Part shown: positions 25,569 through 29,007 of the stretch, piece after piece | How the letters are laid out: every line of letters begins with the position of its first letter | How positions within the stretch are numbered: the first letter of the stretch is position 1 | Assembly (NCBI GenBank): GCA_031372065.1 | Contig: JANMKN010000243.1 | Coordinates: forward strand, 1 to 29,007 | From: Abditibacteriaceae bacterium | GTDB lineage: Bacteria; Armatimonadota; Abditibacteriia; Abditibacteriales; Abditibacteriaceae | DNA: 29,007 nucleotides | Reading direction: 5' to 3' | Translations under genes and position numbers: made by a program | Notes under the pieces: model-generated | What the model saw: only the letters and a program-made list of their open reading frames with translations | What the model was told of the DNA's origin: nothing | The model's database searches: none

Positions 25569-26348
25569 ATGCACCACGACTTAATTTTTCTCGCCACATC
25601 GCGCACGCCGCAAAGTCGCGTTCGTGTGGACAAATATCTGGATGGCTACTTCACCATGCAGTTGATGAGCGACTCGCACGGGCCGATGGAATTGTATTAT
25701 GATGACCGCCATTGGACGCTCGAAGGCGAATGGTTTTATCCGGCGTTTCCGGGCGTGCATACGCGCTTTTATCCGGCGAATGCAGAGGCGCATTGGTTTC
25801 ATCGGCACATTGGTTTTCAAGGGCCGCTGGTTAGTCGCTGGCAAGCCGCCGGATGGTGGCCGGATGCGCCGCAAAAGCCGCCCGCAGGCAAAGATTATGT
25901 GGCGTTTTTCGATGAAATGATCCATTTCGTGCGGCGTGGCGATGAATGGGCACGTTTGCGCGCCATAAACTTGATGGAGCAACTTTTGTTAGAACTGGCC
26001 GAAGATCGCGCGGCGCAAAATATCAAGGCGCCGGACAAATGGTTGGGGCAGCTTTTGGAGAAATTAGAAGACGCAAAAACGCTGCCCGATTACCAAAGTT
26101 TATCGCGCGAAATGGGCCTTAGTTTGACGGCGCTGCGGCGCCGTTTCAAAGACGCGACGGGCGTGCCGCTTCACACTTGGGTTTTGCAAAATCGCGTGGC
26201 ACGGGCGCGCACATTGCTGGCCGAAAGCGACTTGCCCTTAAAGGCTATCGCCGCGCAGTTAGGCTACAACAACGTTTATTTTTTCGCGCGCCAATTCAAG
26301 CAAATCGCCGGTGTTGCGCCGGGCCATTATCGCAAAAGCCGTTTGTGA
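25569..26348 (+). CDS. AraC family transcriptional regulator
   Basis: C-terminal double HTH LRRRFKDATG...ARTLL..SDLPLKAIAAQLGYNNVYFFARQFKQIAGVAPGHYR; divergent from the PhyH gene. Confidence 0.92.
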   Translation: MHHDLIFLATSRTPQSRVRVDKYLDGYFTMQLMSDSHGPMELYYDDRHWTLEGEWFYPAFPGVHTRFYPANAEAHWFHRHIGFQGPLVSRWQAAGWWPDAPQKPPAGKDYVAFFDEMIHFVRRGDEWARLRAINLMEQLLLELAEDRAAQNIKAPDKWLGQLLEKLEDAKTLPDYQSLSREMGLSLTALRRRFKDATGVPLHTWVLQNRVARARTLLAESDLPLKAIAAQLGYNNVYFFARQFKQIAGVAPGHYRKSRL

Positions 26349-26392
26349 AATTTGCTCCTCGAATCGCCTCATTCAGAATCTGAGTTGCTAAT

Positions 26393-26430
26393 TGTTATAA
26401 TCCAAACAACGCCTTGTGACGTAGTCACAA
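26393..26430 (+). promoter_or_regulatory. Extended -10 (TGTTATAAT) followed by the palindrome TTGTGAC-n3-GTCACAA
   Basis: TGTTATAAT at 26393-26401; perfect 7-bp inverted repeat at 26414-26430; AAGGA RBS before ATG 26450. Confidence 0.6.
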
Positions 26431-26449
26431 AATTAAAAAAGGAAAAAAC

Positions 26450-27433
26450 ATGAAAAAGCCGGGCTTCATTTTGTGCGCCGCACTCTGCGTGGCGCTGACA
26501 GGTTGCAATAACCAAGCAAGCAACCAAACCGACACGCAAGCCGCAGCGCCGACAGGATCACCAAGCGCAGCACCTGCGGGCAAAGGTGTCATTGGCGTTT
26601 CATTGCTGACGATGACCAATCCTTTTTTTAAGGAAATCGGCGATGCGATTGACGATGAAGCGAAAAAAGCGGGCTACAGCACCACCATCACAGCAGGGGA
26701 ACTCGACGCAGCCAAACAGCGCGATCAAGTCAACGATTTTATCGTGAAAAAAGTCAGCGCGATTGTGCTTTGTCCTTGCGATTCCAAAGCTGTCGGCACG
26801 GCGATTCAAGCTGCTAACAAAGCGGGTATTCCGGTTTTTACGGCGGACATCGCTAATCTCGATAAGACGGCCAAAGTCGTCACGCACATCGCCACCGATA
26901 ACTATGCGGGCGGCAAATTGGCGGCAAAAGGCATGATTGAGGCGCTCAACGGCAAAGGCAAAATCGCCATCATCAGCCATCCCGAAGTCGAATCGGGCAT
27001 GATGCGCACTAAAGGCTTTAAAGAAGTGATTGCGGGCGACAAAGGCATCAAAATCGTGGCCGAATTGCCCGGCAATGGTGACCGCGCCTTGTCGTTTAAG
27101 GTGGCGCAGGACATTCTTGAAAAAAATCCCGATTTAGATGGTATTTTCGCCATCAACGACCCATCCGCTTTGGGCGTTGTTGCCGCCTTGGAAAAAGTCA
27201 GTCGTGTCGGCAAAGTGAAAATTATTGGCTTCGACGGCCAAAAAGAAGCCAAGCAAGCCATCAAAGAAGGCAAAATTTTCGCGGATTCGATTCAATTCCC
27301 CGATAAAATCGGACGCACCACAGTTCAAGCCATCACCAAATACTTGAGCGGCGAAAAAGTCGAGCCGCAGATTCTCATTCCCACCTCGCTTTATCACAAA
27401 GCCGAGGCCGAAAAAGACCCGGCGCTGAAATAA
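26450..27433 (+). CDS. Sugar ABC transporter substrate-binding lipoprotein (RbsB-like)
   Basis: Lipobox ALTGC; IGVSLLTMTNPFF; AGIPVFTAD; ATDNYAGG; GIFAINDPSALG; IIGFDG. Confidence 0.92.
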   Translation: MKKPGFILCAALCVALTGCNNQASNQTDTQAAAPTGSPSAAPAGKGVIGVSLLTMTNPFFKEIGDAIDDEAKKAGYSTTITAGELDAAKQRDQVNDFIVKKVSAIVLCPCDSKAVGTAIQAANKAGIPVFTADIANLDKTAKVVTHIATDNYAGGKLAAKGMIEALNGKGKIAIISHPEVESGMMRTKGFKEVIAGDKGIKIVAELPGNGDRALSFKVAQDILEKNPDLDGIFAINDPSALGVVAALEKVSRVGKVKIIGFDGQKEAKQAIKEGKIFADSIQFPDKIGRTTVQAITKYLSGEKVEPQILIPTSLYHKAEAEKDPALK

Positions 27434-27442
27434 AAATTCCTC

Positions 27443-28768
27443 ATGCGCTCTTCTTTTAAAAGTGTGGCGGGGCAGTTTTTTTCGTCTTATGGAATGCTCG
27501 GCGTGCTGCTGATTTTGTGCGCTTATTTCACCGTAACGACTTACCGCGACGAGCCAACTACCGGGCGCGCGGGCGCCGTCGCTTTGGCGAAGCAACTGCC
27601 GGGCGGCGCCCGGATTGTCATCGTGGCGCAAAACGGGCCAGACGAAGATGAATTTGTCGCAGCTTTGCGCGATGAACTCAAAACGCGCGGCTTTCCATCT
27701 CCCGAAATTGTGCAAGGCGATCCGCCTACAGTGCGTGAGAAACTGGAAGCCTTAGCAAAAAGTGCCACGCCGCCTACAGTTGCCGCTGCTTCGCCCACTT
27801 GCCACGAATGGCCGCTGTTTGATGCCGTTAAAAAAGCAGTTCCCGCCCTTGCTAATTTGGATGTGCGCTCTCCGCAAGCGGGACGTAGTTCGGCGTTTCT
27901 CTCGTCCAGCAATCTCAGCAATATCGCCGACCAAACGGCGGTTATAGCCATCATTGCGATTGGCATGACGATGGTGATTATCACCGGCGGCATTGACCTT
28001 TCGGTTGGCAGTTTGTTGGCGCTTTCGGCGGTGGCAACGGCGTGGCTAATTGGCGCGTGGGGTGGCGCTGATGCATCGTCGGGGGCCATGCTTTTCGCGG
28101 CATTGTCAGCTATTTTATTAGCAACTTTGGTCGGCGCATTTTCGGCGCTGATGATTACGGTTTTCAATATTCCTCCGTTCATCGCCACTTTAGCCATGAT
28201 GCAAGTCGCCAGCGGTTTGGCCTTCATCGTGACCAAAGGCCAGTCTCTTTATGATATTCCACCATCATTTACTTGGCTGGGGCGTGGGACGGGCTTGTTT
28301 GGCCTGCCTAATTCGGTTTTGCTCATGTTTGCGCTTTATGTTTTGGCGCACTTTCTGATGACACGAACCGTTGTTGGACGTCACATTTACGCCGTTGGCG
28401 GCAATGCGCAAGCGGCGCGTTATGGCGGCATCAACGTCAAGCGTATTTTGGCCTTTGCTTATGTGGTTTCGGGCTTCGTGGCCGGTTTAGGCGGCGTCAT
28501 TACGGCATCGCAACTCAAAGCGGGCGCACCGACTTATGGTGTGGGCTATGAACTTTATGTTATCGCGGCGGCAGTGGTGGGCGGCACCAGTTTGTCCGGT
28601 GGCGAAGGGCGCATTTTCGGCACGCTCATCGGCGCGTTTATCATCGCTGTCATTCGCAACGGCATGAACTTGATGAATGTGGAATCTTACACGCAAAAAG
28701 TGGTGCTGGGCCTTGTCATTTTGGGCGCGGTTTTGCTCGACAGATTGCGCCGTCAACGTCGCGCTTAA
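27443..28768 (+). CDS. Sugar ABC transporter permease (RbsC-like) with an inserted soluble domain
   Basis: GMTMVIITGGIDLSVGS; IPPFIATLAMM; GRHIYAVGGN..AA..GI; GYELYVIAAAVVGGTSLSGGEG; an extra ~115 aa after TM1. Confidence 0.92.
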   Translation: MRSSFKSVAGQFFSSYGMLGVLLILCAYFTVTTYRDEPTTGRAGAVALAKQLPGGARIVIVAQNGPDEDEFVAALRDELKTRGFPSPEIVQGDPPTVREKLEALAKSATPPTVAAASPTCHEWPLFDAVKKAVPALANLDVRSPQAGRSSAFLSSSNLSNIADQTAVIAIIAIGMTMVIITGGIDLSVGSLLALSAVATAWLIGAWGGADASSGAMLFAALSAILLATLVGAFSALMITVFNIPPFIATLAMMQVASGLAFIVTKGQSLYDIPPSFTWLGRGTGLFGLPNSVLLMFALYVLAHFLMTRTVVGRHIYAVGGNAQAARYGGINVKRILAFAYVVSGFVAGLGGVITASQLKAGAPTYGVGYELYVIAAAVVGGTSLSGGEGRIFGTLIGAFIIAVIRNGMNLMNVESYTQKVVLGLVILGAVLLDRLRRQRRA

Positions 28769-28771
28769 ATT

Positions 28772-29007
28772 ATGAAACTTAAATTTTGCTGGCTAACGGT
28801 TGGCATTTTAGCGTTGAACATTTCGGCCCACGCCGCCGAAGATTTTGTCTTCGCCGATTTTGAAAGCGACACTTTTGGAGATTGGCAAGCGCAGGGCACC
28901 GCTTTTGGCAGCGGGCCGGTTTTGGGCGAATGGCCGGCGCGTTTGGAAATCGAAAACGCGCGTGGAAAAGGTGTTATCAGCAGCGAACGCGACGGTGGTG
29001 ACCAACG
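28772..29007 (+). CDS. Secreted protein N-terminus (partial), similar to N-terminal modules of GH32-like glycosidases
   Basis: ATG 3 nt after the permease stop: MKLKFCWLTVGILALNISAHA|AEDFVFADFESDTFGDWQAQGTAFGSGP...; open to the window end. The family assignment rests only on recall of the ADFE...W...G.AFG.GP motif. Confidence 0.6.
   Translation, partial: MKLKFCWLTVGILALNISAHAAEDFVFADFESDTFGDWQAQGTAFGSGPVLGEWPARLEIENARGKGVISSERDGGDQ

Noticed and set aside
28808..29005. 65-aa minus-strand ORF at the right edge
   Set aside because: Antisense to the better supported signal-peptide-bearing plus-strand CDS starting at 28772.

Overview
Bacterial chromosomal window of moderately high GC. Gene content (Calx-beta megaprotein, DUF1559-type prepilin, several Gfo/Idh/MocA and PhyH enzymes) suggests an Abditibacteriota/Armatimonadota-like organism; this is inference only. 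Left to right: a partial secreted GH30 hydrolase (not in the ORF track), comM/yifB, a 2541-aa LamG/Calx-beta surface protein, two Gfo/Idh/MocA oxidoreductases separated by an inverted-repeat-bounded AT-richer insert, a secreted WD40-peptidase C14 protein, a small membrane protein, nfi, a CHASE4-type hybrid kinase, amtB, a membrane-anchored hypothetical protein plus a prepilin-like gene, the RNase P RNA gene rnpB, a divergent PhyH/AraC pair and the start of a sugar ABC operon. No CRISPR array, transposase, tRNA or rRNA was seen. The most notable non-obvious signals are: (i) four pentamers spaced exactly 11 bp apart upstream of amtB, matching the actinobacterial GlnR box; (ii) palindromes built from 7-8-nt tandem units, one enclosing what looks like a captured fragment of an OLD/TOPRIM-like nuclease gene and one covering the prepilin start codon just after rnpB; (iii) an RNase P RNA with extra helices; (iv) a 4x heptad Lys repeat in the caspase-like protein.
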